Of a DNA stretch of 64,000 nt, positions 9,924 to 17,340 are shown piece after piece; position 1 is the stretch's first letter, and every line of letters begins with the position of its first letter. Origin of the DNA: Gemmatimonadota bacterium. GTDB taxonomy: Bacteria; Gemmatimonadota; Gemmatimonadetes; Longimicrobiales; RSA9. The DNA lies in NCBI GenBank assembly GCA_039715185.1, contig JBDLIA010000002.1:3361-67360 (forward strand). The letters run 5' to 3'. The translations under genes were made by a program, and so were the position numbers. Under the pieces are notes generated by a model. It worked only from the letters and a program-made list of their open reading frames with translations, was not told the origin of the DNA and did not search any database.

Positions 9924-11288
9924 TCAGGGCTCCACGATCGTCTTCACGTTGACGAATTCGCGGACGCCGAAGGACCCGAGCTCGCGTCCGTAGCCCGAGC
10001 GCTTCACGCCCCCGAACGGTAGCCGCGGGTCCGACGCGGTCATGCCGTTCAGAAACACCGCCCCCGCTTCGATCTCCTCCGCGAAGAAGGCCTGCTCGGC
10101 CGGGTCCGTGGTCCAGGCCGCGGCGCCCAGGCCGAAGCTCGTGGCGTTCGCCAGCGCGACCGCCTCCTCGGCGTCTTCCACCACGAAGAGCGACGCCACC
10201 GGCCCGAACAGCTCCTCCGAGTACGCCGGCGCGTCTTCGGGCACGTCGGCCAGGACGGTGGGCGGATAGAACCAGCCCCGACCCTCCAGGCGGTGCCCGC
10301 CGGCGAGGAGCCGGGCCCCGGCGTCGATGGTCTCGCGCACCTGCTGATCCAGCTCCTGCAGGATCGAGGCGGTGGCGAGCGGGCCGATGTCGGTCGCTTC
10401 GTCCATGGGGTCCCCCACCGTCAGCGCCTCCATCCCCGCGACGAACCGGTCGCGGAAGCGATCGGCGACGTCGCGCTGGACGATGAACCGCTTGGCCGCG
10501 ATGCAGGACTGCCCGTTGTTGATCGTGCGCGCCCTGATCGCGGTGGTCACGGCTGAGTCCAGGTCCGCGCTCGCCATGACGATGAAGGGGTCGCTGCCCC
10601 CCAGCTCCAGGACCGTCTTCTTGAGGGCCCGTCCCGCGCGGCCCGCCACCGCGCTCCCCGCCCGCTCGCTACCGGTGAGGGTGGCGGCGCGCACGCGGGG
10701 GTCGTCCAGCACGCCGCCGACCCTATCGACCTCGATGAGCAGCGTCTGGAATGCCCCTTCCGGAAAGCCCGCCCGGCGAAAGATCTCCTCGATGGCCAGC
10801 GCGCAGCCGGGCACGTTGGCGGCGTGCTTGAGGAGCGCGACGTTGCCCGCCATGAGCGTGGGAGCGGCGCAGCGAATGACCTGCCAAAAGGGGAAGTTCC
10901 AGGGCATGATGGCCAGGACGGGGCCCAGCGGCCGGTAGCGAATCAGGCTGCGCTTGCGCCCCGTGTCGACGGCCTCGTCGGCCAGGAAGCCCGCGGCGTG
11001 TTCGGCATAGTAGCGGCATACCCAGGCGCACTTCTCCGCCTCTGCCTCCGCCGCCAGGATGGGCTTGCCCATCTCGCGCGTCATCAGCTCCGCCCAGGAA
11101 CGCTTCTCCGCGTCCAGCAGCTCGGCCGCGCGCAGCAAGCGCTCGGCGCGCCCGGCGATGGAGGTGCGGCGCCACGACGAGTAGGCGTCCCAGGAGGCGG
11201 CGAGGCGTCGCTCCAGCTCTTCGTCGTCGTGCGACGCGAAGGTGGCGAAGGTCTCTTCGGTCGCGGGGTTCGTGGACTGGAATGACAT
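9924..11288 (-). CDS. gabD: NAD(P)-dependent succinate-semialdehyde / aldehyde dehydrogenase
   Basis: This lies in ORF 9924..11309, starting at MSFQSTNPATEE. Aldehyde dehydrogenase (ALDH) family motifs are present: ..LELGGSDPFIV.., ..NNGQSCIAAKRF.., ..EELFGPV... Confidence 0.85.
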   Translation of the reverse strand: MSFQSTNPATEETFATFASHDDEELERRLAASWDAYSSWRRTSIAGRAERLLRAAELLDAEKRSWAELMTREMGKPILAAEAEAEKCAWVCRYYAEHAAGFLADEAVDTGRKRSLIRYRPLGPVLAIMPWNFPFWQVIRCAAPTLMAGNVALLKHAANVPGCALAIEEIFRRAGFPEGAFQTLLIEVDRVGGVLDDPRVRAATLTGSERAGSAVAGRAGRALKKTVLELGGSDPFIVMASADLDSAVTTAIRARTINNGQSCIAAKRFIVQRDVADRFRDRFVAGMEALTVGDPMDEATDIGPLATASILQELDQQVRETIDAGARLLAGGHRLEGRGWFYPPTVLADVPEDAPAYSEELFGPVASLFVVEDAEEAVALANATSFGLGAAAWTTDPAEQAFFAEEIEAGAVFLNGMTASDPRLPFGGVKRSGYGRELGSFGVREFVNVKTIVEP

Positions 11289-11405
11289 GATCACCAGGCT
11301 CCATCGCACGGTCCGTTCGGACGCAACGTAAGGCGTCGAGCCGGGTCGCGCGCCCGGGTCGCGACCGCTCGAAGCGGGGGCCTCTATGCCGTCGTCGCGC
11401 TCTCC

Positions 11406-11434
11406 TTGTTTTCGGGTTTTGTTCGGGTTATTCT
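11406..11434 (+). promoter_or_regulatory. imuA promoter (TTGTTT-17 nt-TATTCT) overlapped by the direct-repeat motif TTTCGGGTTTTGTTCGGGT; candidate SOS-type operator
   Basis: The -10-like TATTCT ends 6 nt before ATG 11441, which implies a leaderless or near-leaderless mRNA. The 19-mer at 11410-11428 recurs upstream of dnaE2. Confidence 0.45.
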
Positions 11435-11440
11435 CCGTCC

Positions 11441-12286
11441 ATGTCCGCCGCGACCGCCCTGGAACTCCGTCGCCTGCTGGAGCAGCGTTTCCCCGACGCC
11501 CTTCCGGTTACATACGGCACCACCGAAACGGTGCCGACAGGTATCGCCCACCTGGACGCCATCCTTCCCTCCGGCGGCCTCCCACGAGGTCGCCTTACGC
11601 GCTGGCAAGCAGGCGGCGGAGCCACGGCGTTGTTGCGGGGGGCGTGCGCGCACACGTCCGCCCACGGCGAACGCACGGCCTGGGTGGATGGAGCGGGCGT
11701 GATCGCGGGCGCGTCCTGGCCCGCCGGCCCGGTGCTGCTTCGCCCGACGGGCGAGCGCGAGGCCCTGGAGTGCGCGGAGGTGCTGCTCCGCTCCACCGGT
11801 TTTTCGCTGGTGGTCCTGGCCGGCACCAGAACTGACTCCATGGCGCACTGGCGGCTCGCCCGCGCGGCCCGCGAAGGCGGCGGCGCGCTGGTCGTGATGG
11901 AGGGTGGTTGGTGGCTGACGGGATCCTCCCGCACCCGCACCCGCTCCGGTGCCGACACGTTTTCCGCCGCCGACTCCCGCGTTACGGAATGGCGGGTACG
12001 CGCGCGCAAGCCGCGTAACGGCGCGCGCGTCCTCACCCCTCCCTCCGGCGGCTCCGCCGCGCTCCAGGTCGAGACGCGCATAGATCCGGACGCTTACCGG
12101 TGGCGCGCGGGACCCTCCGGCCCGGCCCTGGCCGAATCCGTCCGAGTGCGCGCTCGCGTTCGAGCATCCGGGCTCGAGCGAACAGCCAGCTTCCAGCTAC
12201 CCATCGACGTACATGAACATCGCCTGTCTCTGGACGCCGGACTGGCGGACCGACGAGGAACCCCCCGCCCCCGCCGTCCCTCCTGA
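11441..12286 (+). CDS. imuA: ImuA-like RecA/SulA-fold protein of the imuA-imuB-dnaE2 mutagenesis cassette
   Basis: The N-terminus ..VPTGIAHLDAILPSGGLPRGRLTRWQAGGGATALL.. resembles ImuA, and the gene sits directly before imuB. The 3' end overlaps imuB by 74 nt, so the true stop/start relationship is uncertain. Confidence 0.65.
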   Translation: MSAATALELRRLLEQRFPDALPVTYGTTETVPTGIAHLDAILPSGGLPRGRLTRWQAGGGATALLRGACAHTSAHGERTAWVDGAGVIAGASWPAGPVLLRPTGEREALECAEVLLRSTGFSLVVLAGTRTDSMAHWRLARAAREGGGALVVMEGGWWLTGSSRTRTRSGADTFSAADSRVTEWRVRARKPRNGARVLTPPSGGSAALQVETRIDPDAYRWRAGPSGPALAESVRVRARVRASGLERTASFQLPIDVHEHRLSLDAGLADRRGTPRPRRPS

Positions 12287-13574
12287 CGTCGTTCGGGCGC
12301 TGCTCGAGATCGTCCCCCGAGTGGCCCTGGACGCCCGCGGGCCGATCTGGGCGGACGTGCGTGGGCTGCCGACCCGCCAGACGGCACGGCGTCTGAAGGA
12401 TGCGGCCGGCGCGTCCACCCGGGACGGCTCGACGACCTCGGGCGACGCGGCGACCGCTCCCTGCGTAGGCGTTGCAGACGTCCCGGCTGCCGCCGAGGTG
12501 GCCGCGCGCTGGAAACCGCGGGACGGAATCGCGGTCGTGCCCGCCGGCGCCGACCGGGCGTTTCTGGCGGGAGCGCCCATCGCGCTGCTGGAGCCACCTC
12601 CTTCCCTGCTCTCGCTGCTGGAGGGCACGGGCCTGCTGACCTGCGGCTCGCTCGCGGCGCTTTCTCGTGAATCGGTGGAGGTGCGACTGGGCACGGAGGG
12701 AGGGCGCCTGTGGCGGCTGTCCCGCGCGGATGACCCGCGCCGGCTCTTCGACCGGATCGCCCCGCTGCGCCCGCACGCCTCGATCGACTTCGTCGAGTAC
12801 GTAATCACCGACCCCGCGCGCCTGGTGTTCGCCGCCAACGCTCTGATCACGCCCATCTGCCAGGAGCTGGCCGAGCGCGGCGAGCACGCGCGCAGCATGA
12901 CGCTCACGCTGCCGCTGGCCAACGGCCGCGCCTGGTCGCGCGCGCTTCGGCCCGGCCGCCCCACCGCCAGCCGCGACATCTGGCTGCGCCTGGTGCGCTC
13001 TCGGCTGGAGCGATTGTCCGTCCCGGATGCGGTCATAGGCGTCGCCGTGGAGGTGGGCTCCACCGAGCCCGCGGGCGTGCGCCAGGGCGACCTGTTCGAC
13101 CGCGGATTCGGCAGCGCGGGCGCGGTAGAGGCGGCGCTGTCCCGGCTCGTCGGCGAGCTGGGTGAAGTGGTCGTCGCGCCCGACAACGACGCGCACCCGC
13201 TGGCCGAACGCCGCACGAGCTGGCGCGTGCGCGACCCCATCGAGATCGCCGACAACCGGGATCGTTCGGAGCCCGGAGCGCCCGACCGTGCCGTGCCGGG
13301 GGCGTCCGCCGATGCGCCGCTCACCCTCCAGCTTCTGCCCGATCCCCGGCCGGTGCGCGTGGAGTTGGAGGCCGGCCGGCCGAGCCGCTACCACGACCGA
13401 TCCGGCTGGCGGGCGCTCCGGGTGGTCGCGGGCCCGGACCGCATCTCCGGAGGTTGGTGGGAAGAGGCCTACGCCCGGGAGTACTACCGTTGCGTCGACG
13501 AGGACGGCGTTCTGGTCTGGATCTACCGCGACGCCGGCCGCGACCTGTGGCTGCTGCAGGGCTGGTGGGACTGA
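12213..13574 (+). CDS. imuB: ImuB-like Y-family polymerase homologue
   Basis: 453 aa starting MNIACLWTPDW... Its position between imuA and, further on, dnaE2 supports the call. The C-terminal ..ISGGWWEEAYAREYYRCVDEDGVLVWIYRD.. block is typical of ImuB as I remember it. Confidence 0.7.
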   Translation: MNIACLWTPDWRTDEEPPAPAVPPDVVRALLEIVPRVALDARGPIWADVRGLPTRQTARRLKDAAGASTRDGSTTSGDAATAPCVGVADVPAAAEVAARWKPRDGIAVVPAGADRAFLAGAPIALLEPPPSLLSLLEGTGLLTCGSLAALSRESVEVRLGTEGGRLWRLSRADDPRRLFDRIAPLRPHASIDFVEYVITDPARLVFAANALITPICQELAERGEHARSMTLTLPLANGRAWSRALRPGRPTASRDIWLRLVRSRLERLSVPDAVIGVAVEVGSTEPAGVRQGDLFDRGFGSAGAVEAALSRLVGELGEVVVAPDNDAHPLAERRTSWRVRDPIEIADNRDRSEPGAPDRAVPGASADAPLTLQLLPDPRPVRVELEAGRPSRYHDRSGWRALRVVAGPDRISGGWWEEAYAREYYRCVDEDGVLVWIYRDAGRDLWLLQGWWD

Positions 13575-13664
13575 AGCGGGACCGGCCGAGCGCGGAACGC
13601 ATCGTGCGGACCGACGCCGTATTCTCCGTTCGTCGAGTTCGAAGACTCTCATCAGGAGCGAACC

Positions 13665-14411
13665 ATGACGCGCACCACGCGCCTGCTCGTTGCGTGCCTC
13701 ACGCTGCCCATCGCCATTCCGCTGGCCGCCTCGGCCCAGGAGAGCGGGGTCCGCGTTTCGGAGCGGCTCCGCCACAAGAACCGGCTGGCCGCGGTGGAGC
13801 TCCCGGCAGGCGTCGTCGCAGCCGAGTTCACCGTCACGCCGAGTCCGGCCCGGGCCTTCCGCCCGGAGGGGAGGCCCCTGCGGGCGCGCGTCCGGCTCGC
13901 CGAGACGGTACCGACGCCGGTGCCGCCCAGCCCGCTGCCCGAGCCCACCCTGGACCTGCTCGGCGAGGCGCTCGGCGGCGGCGGCTTCGGAGGCGCCGGA
14001 TCGCGCGACTTTCAGAATCCGGGGCCGCCGGTCCTCGATCACATCGAGCTCAGCGCGCGCACTCCCTGGATCAACGAGAAGGGCAACGTCGAGTTCTTCC
14101 TCCCCTATGACGTGGACCCGGACGTGCCGTCGGTGAACTTCAACAAGAATTTCCCCGGCCTGTTCTACGTGAATCTCAAGCTGGAAGAGGGCAAATCGTA
14201 CCTCGTCGACGTCGCGGTGAGCAGCTGGGGAGCCGGCGCCTACAAGGTGGAGGTGAACGGTTCCGAGCAGGAGTTCGCCGACCCGCAGGGCAACCTGGAG
14301 CACCTGCTCATCGCGCTGCAGGCGACCGAGAGCGGCTGGGTCGAGATCGACATCATCCGCGAGGGCACGGGCTACTACCTGTATTCGGTGACGGCGGACC
14401 GGGTGAACTAG
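13665..14411 (+). CDS. secreted hypothetical protein
   Basis: Signal peptide MTRTTRLLVACLTLPIAIPLAASAQE. The sequence has coding-like composition. I recognise no family. Confidence 0.55.
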   Translation: MTRTTRLLVACLTLPIAIPLAASAQESGVRVSERLRHKNRLAAVELPAGVVAAEFTVTPSPARAFRPEGRPLRARVRLAETVPTPVPPSPLPEPTLDLLGEALGGGGFGGAGSRDFQNPGPPVLDHIELSARTPWINEKGNVEFFLPYDVDPDVPSVNFNKNFPGLFYVNLKLEEGKSYLVDVAVSSWGAGAYKVEVNGSEQEFADPQGNLEHLLIALQATESGWVEIDIIREGTGYYLYSVTADRVN

Positions 14412-14574
14412 TGTACCGTAACGGAAGTTGGGTGTGCACCGAAGCGAGCGAAGCGCCCGCGACGCAAGGCGCCGTGACGAAGCGTAGCCGTAGCTACGGT
14501 GAGAAGCGGCAACGATGCGCTCGCGGGATGCAGCGCGCGCTGAATGCCATCGACACTTCTGTTACGGTGCACTA
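14408..14574. repeat. miniature inverted-repeat element, family A, long copy
   Basis: The 20-nt terminal inverted repeats (TIRs) are TAGTGTACCGTAACGGAAGT (14409-14428) and the reverse complement of 14555-14574, matching at 18 of 20 positions. There is an internal perfect palindrome CCGTAGCTACGG (14488-14499). The right half is homologous to the copy at 60926-60991. Confidence 0.7.
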
Positions 14575-15183
14575 ACCGAAGAAGTCCACGAGGCCCGTTT
14601 CCAGGGAGTATTCGGCCCCCACGACCGCCAGGCCGTCCTCGGCGATCAGTCGCGCGAGGGTATCGGACCCGCGCATGAGGTGTTCGGCCGAGGCCCGTAT
14701 GTGCGCGCGCCCGGCTGCGTCGAGCAGCGCCCGCCGATCGTCTCTCAGGTCGCTCAGCATGAGCGGCTCCACGGAAGGTCGGATCCGGTCGACGATGGAA
14801 CGCAGGTTGGGAGAGCGGGCTTCTCCCGGCCGTTCGAGCGACTCCAGCGTGGCGGCGACCGCGCCGCAGTCGGAGTGTCCCAGCACCACGACCAGGCGCG
14901 TGCCGAACGCCTCGACCGCGAACTCGACGCTGCCGACGAGCGCCGGCGTGGCGACGTTGCCGGCGACGCGAATCACGAACAGGTCGCCCAGGCCCTGGCC
15001 GAGCACGATCTCCGGCGGCACGCGCGAGTCCGAGCACCCGAGCACGATCGCGAAGGGCTTCTGTCCGTCCACGAGCTCGGCCCGGCGGGCCTCCGCTGCC
15101 GGCGCCGCTCCGCTCCAGTCGCCGGCGGCGAAGCGGCGGTTGCCTTCGCGCAGGCGCTCCAGCGCCTCGGCGGAGCCCGTCAA
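14572..15183 (-). CDS. can: beta-class carbonic anhydrase
   Basis: ..FAIVLGCSDSRVPPEIV..FVIRVAGN..VVVLGHSDCGAV.. shows the beta-CA zinc-ligand motifs CxDxR and HxxC. Confidence 0.9.
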   Translation of the reverse strand: MTGSAEALERLREGNRRFAAGDWSGAAPAAEARRAELVDGQKPFAIVLGCSDSRVPPEIVLGQGLGDLFVIRVAGNVATPALVGSVEFAVEAFGTRLVVVLGHSDCGAVAATLESLERPGEARSPNLRSIVDRIRPSVEPLMLSDLRDDRRALLDAAGRAHIRASAEHLMRGSDTLARLIAEDGLAVVGAEYSLETGLVDFFG

Positions 15184-15189
15184 ATCGTC

Positions 15190-16149
15190 CTACTCGCCCG
15201 CCGTCGTCACCGCGGCCTGCTCGGGCACCGCCTCCGGCGGGCTCGCCTCGCGCAGAACGAAGTCCTCGAGCGACACCGTGTAGTCACCCGTTTCCGGCAC
15301 GTACCGCAGGCACGAGGAGGTCGGGTAGTAGCCGGCCACCGCCACCGCCGGCGGGGAGTCGATGGGGAAGCACTCGGACGGCTGCGCCACCAGGAATGCG
15401 AGCGAGACCATCTCCTCGTAGAACGTCACCCGCCCGTCGTAGCTGCCGTAAATCCACGCTCGGGTGAAGGGCTCGCCGCTGAACTCCGGGCCGCTCACGT
15501 CGACCAGGTGATTGCCCATCGCCGGCGCGACCGCATCCACATTCACGTACTTGGGATCCATGTAGTTCGCCGGCAACGGCTTGCGGCCCGTCTCGAACTG
15601 GTCGCAGTTGACGAACTCCGGCCCGCACGGCCCCGGCTCGATCCCCATGATCGACTCGACCGGCTCGATGTAGAAGTGGACGTCGAAGTGCGGCGAGTCG
15701 TACACCCCGGGCGGGATGTGGCCGAGCGGGTTCCAGTTCAGCAGCGCCCATTTGAACGGCATGTCCGCGCGTGCCGCGGCGGCGCTGGGAAGCGGGATCA
15801 CCCAGTCGTGGGTCGGGATGCACTCGTCGGGCTGCGCGACCTCACCGTCTTCGTCCCGATCCCAGCAGTAGCGTAGGTTGGAAGGTTCGCGCGGCAACTC
15901 ATCGAAGAAGTTCTCCGAAAGCGCGATCCCGATAGCGCTCGGCGCCCCGTCGGCGTCGAACTCGGCGTAGGGAGTGGCGGTGGCTGCTCCCACCTGTGCG
16001 GCTTCTCCCAGCTCGGGGCCCTGGTCCGCCGGGGGAGGCGCCGCCTCACAGCCCGCGATCGTCAGGACCGCCAGGCCCAGGAGGCCGGCGACTCGGCTGG
16101 TGTGGGTCCGCGTGGGGCTGCGGAAAAGTTGAAAAACGAAGCGCGTCAT
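15190..16149 (-). CDS. lipoprotein of unknown function (possibly DUF5602-like)
   Basis: This lies in ORF 15190..16233. ATG 16149 follows GGAGG. The signal ends at the lipobox TIAGC. There are conserved-looking HFDVHFY and GNHLVD blocks. Confidence 0.6.
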   Translation of the reverse strand: MTRFVFQLFRSPTRTHTSRVAGLLGLAVLTIAGCEAAPPPADQGPELGEAAQVGAATATPYAEFDADGAPSAIGIALSENFFDELPREPSNLRYCWDRDEDGEVAQPDECIPTHDWVIPLPSAAAARADMPFKWALLNWNPLGHIPPGVYDSPHFDVHFYIEPVESIMGIEPGPCGPEFVNCDQFETGRKPLPANYMDPKYVNVDAVAPAMGNHLVDVSGPEFSGEPFTRAWIYGSYDGRVTFYEEMVSLAFLVAQPSECFPIDSPPAVAVAGYYPTSSCLRYVPETGDYTVSLEDFVLREASPPEAVPEQAAVTTAGE

Positions 16150-16290
16150 CAAGACCTCCGAGTGGCGCGCGGGAGGCCTGACCGGCAGGGCCCGCGCTGA
16201 ATCGAACGAACGTCCGAGCGGCGGACCGCGCACATGATCCCCGCCGCCGAGAGCTGTTCCCGAGTGCGAATTGGGATAGGCAAGCAGGGT

Positions 16291-17142
16291 CTAGTCGGCA
16301 AGTCCGACCCACCCGGCGCTCCGTTCCCACAGCTCGGCCTGCAGCCTTTCGTGGTGTCCAGGCAGGCTCGGCTCGGCGCGCTCCATGACGTCGAAGTACT
16401 GTCCTGTCACGGACCCGAGGGCGGGTTCCGCGACGAGCCGCTCGACCGCCGCGCCGCCCACGTCGGGCGACTCCATGAAGACCTTGAACAGGCGCGCGAT
16501 GAACCACAGCGGGCGCCGGTTGCGGTCCCAGATGCGGGTGGCCAGCACGCCCGGGTGCAGCGCGTTGACGGTGACGCCGTGGTCGGCCCAGCGGCGCGCG
16601 GCCTCCCGCGCGAAGAGCACGTTGGCGAGCTTCGAGTTGGCGTAGGCCCGCCAGCCGTCGTAGCCGGCCGGGTCGGCGACGCGGTCCAGCCGGAGGTCCG
16701 CGCGGCGGTGGGCGTTGGAGGCGACGACGACGATCCTCGCCTCCCGATCCGCCGCCGCCGCGCGCAGCGTGTCCAGCAGCAGGTGCGCGAGGAGGAAGTG
16801 CGCGAGATGGTTCACGGCGAAGGTGCGCTCGTAGCCCTCGGCGGTGGTCTCGCGGGGCGCACGCGCCAGGCCGGCGTTGAGCACGAGCGCGTCCAGCGCC
16901 GGGGCCCGCTCGCGTACCGCCTCCGCCAGGTCGCGGACGGCGGCGAGCGAGGACAGGTCGGTGGAAATGAGCTCGGCGGCGCCGCCGGCGGCGGCGATGT
17001 CGGTCAGCAGGGCCTCTCCGCGCTTCTCGTCCCGCCCGTGCAGCAGCACGCGCGCGCCCCGCGCGGCGAGCCGTCTGGCGGCGGACGCGCCCACCCCGGC
17101 GGTCGAGCCCGTGATGAAGACGGTGCGGTCGTGCAGATCCAT
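16291..17142 (-). CDS. short-chain dehydrogenase/reductase (retinol-dehydrogenase-like)
   Basis: The Rossmann motif TVFITGSTAGVGAS is present, along with NAG and a YxxxK-like motif (YANSKLANV). Confidence 0.85.
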   Translation of the reverse strand: MDLHDRTVFITGSTAGVGASAARRLAARGARVLLHGRDEKRGEALLTDIAAAGGAAELISTDLSSLAAVRDLAEAVRERAPALDALVLNAGLARAPRETTAEGYERTFAVNHLAHFLLAHLLLDTLRAAAADREARIVVVASNAHRRADLRLDRVADPAGYDGWRAYANSKLANVLFAREAARRWADHGVTVNALHPGVLATRIWDRNRRPLWFIARLFKVFMESPDVGGAAVERLVAEPALGSVTGQYFDVMERAEPSLPGHHERLQAELWERSAGWVGLAD

Positions 17143-17222
17143 GGCGCGCGATCGGTGTCCAGGAAACGAAAGCGGAAGGATTGCCCCCCGGGGGCGTGCG
17201 CGCCAGCGGAGGTGGCGATCCT

Positions 17223-17243
17223 ATTTCGGGTTGTCTTCGGGTA
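17223..17243 (+). promoter_or_regulatory. distal copy of the TTTCGGGTT..TTCGGG direct-repeat motif upstream of dnaE2
   Basis: TTTCGGGTTGTCTTCGGGT (17224-17242) matches the imuA 19-mer at 17 of 19 positions. Confidence 0.4.
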
Positions 17244-17300
17244 GGCGTGGTGTCATCATGCGGGAAGAGAAGGGCGCAGGAGCCGGATCGGCTCTCTTTT

Positions 17301-17340
17301 TTTCCGGTTTATTTTCGGGTTTTATTCGGTGTCGATTCCG
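17301..17340 (+). promoter_or_regulatory. proximal motif cluster at the dnaE2 start: four TTC(C/G)G repeats at 11-12 nt spacing
   Basis: TTTCGGGTTTTATTCGGTG (17313-17331) matches the imuA 19-mer at 16 of 19 positions. The cluster runs into the GTG start at 17329. Confidence 0.45.
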
